Part shown: positions 63,226-64,000 of the stretch, in pieces
How the letters are laid out: every line of letters starts with the position of its first letter
Position numbering within the stretch: position 1 is the first letter of the stretch
Source of the DNA: the human T2T-CHM13v2.0 reference genome, Homo sapiens
Reading direction: 5' to 3'
NCBI GenBank assembly: GCA_009914755.4
Contig: CP068257.2
Span: 44,832,001-44,896,000, forward strand
Length of the DNA: 64,000 nt
The notes under the pieces: model-generated
Database searches by the model: none
Seen by the model: only the letters and a program-made list of their open reading frames with translations
Told to the model about the DNA's origin: nothing
Translations under genes and position numbers: made by a program

Positions 63226-63434
63226 GCTAGCTTAGAACAAGTCCTGTTTCCTGGAAGGCATTCAGTAAGTGTTTTCTAAATGAATTGATTCCAAAATGAC
63301 TGTCCAGTGGGGCCCACACTTGGATGGATTTGTAAGCTCTGATGCATCGTGTGGTTTGTCCTTGGACCTTACACCTGTGTCCACTTCTTCAGATGTGTCC
63401 TGGCCTCAGTGCTCCTCTGTCCTTCCCGTGACAG

Positions 63435-63554
63435 GTGTCCCTGTGAACAGCAGAGTGTCCTCCAAAATCCAGCAGCTTCTGAACACCCTGAAGAGGCCAA
63501 AGCGCCCTCCACTGAAGGAGTTCTTTGTGGATGATTTTGAGGAATTGTTGGAAG
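63435..63554 (+). CDS. DIP2A: DIP2A coding exon 7 (120 nt): (G)VPVNSRVSSKIQQLLNTLKRPKRPPLKEFFVDDFEELLE
   Basis: Acceptor 'ccttcccgtgacag|gtgtc'; donor 'gaag|gtaaga'. 'KIQQLLNTLKRPKRPPLKEFFVDD' is a DIP2 hallmark motif. Confidence 0.8.
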
Positions 63555-64000
63555 GTAAGAGTTGTCCAACTTTGAGCTTTTCTGTTTGTATGAAAAGGGT
63601 GGCCACGAAGTTGAGAAACACAGGCAAATGTATATTATACATGGATATTGCTATATATATTCTGTTTCCAGACTCAGTGGTCACTGGGTGTAATGGTGAA
63701 TTTAGAATCACATGACTGCTTCCTTTATTTGAGCAGGTAGAAAATTTGCTGCTCATATTCAAGTGACTTGGCATTTCATAAAAATTCTTCTACGGTTTTA
63801 TTTAACTTACATTATTTAAATGTTTAATTTAAACTTTAACTCTGAAATACTTACCTTCTTGTGGTTTTAAAGTATTTAATTTTCAGCATAGATTTGGCTG
63901 CTTTTCAGAATTTTAGCCTCTCATATGTGAATGAAATACGTATTTAGGAAGAATACACACATATTTTTTAAAAGAGAAAACTAGCAAGCAGAAACCAGAA

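Overview
This window is primate nuclear DNA, almost certainly human, and not prokaryotic. It holds no CRISPR array, operon, rRNA or tRNA. I did not find a previously undescribed biological system here.

The + strand carries the 5' end of a DIP2-family gene whose N-terminus matches what I recall of DIP2A (chr21q22.3-type context). A CpG-island, TATA-less promoter spans about 12.2-13.9 kb and carries CCAAT and GC boxes. The start codon is at 13257. Coding exons 1-7 are recoverable with canonical GT/AG splice sites: 13257-13347, 38904-38975, 44734-44853, 51160-51279, 52753-53004, 58537-58665 and 63435-63554. Intron 1 is about 25.5 kb.

The rest is interspersed repeat. There are about 55 Alu copies making up roughly 22% of the window, many with readable target-site duplications. 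There are also five MaLR (THE1/MST-type) LTRs, old L1 fragments, and microsatellites that mostly sit on Alu tails.

Most ORFs in the supplied six-frame track are translations of Alu, of microsatellites, or of the GC-rich CpG island.

The observations most worth a second look:
- a ~510-bp C-rich, ~22-unit minisatellite and GC-box array immediately after the exon-1 splice donor, which is G-quadruplex-prone on the template strand;
- the fact that every intron seen is phase 1 and every internal exon is a multiple of 3 nt;
- tight inverted Alu pairs in intron 1 and next to exons 6 and 7;
- young AluY insertions with perfect target-site duplications.

Repeat coordinates were read by eye and are good to about ±10 bp.
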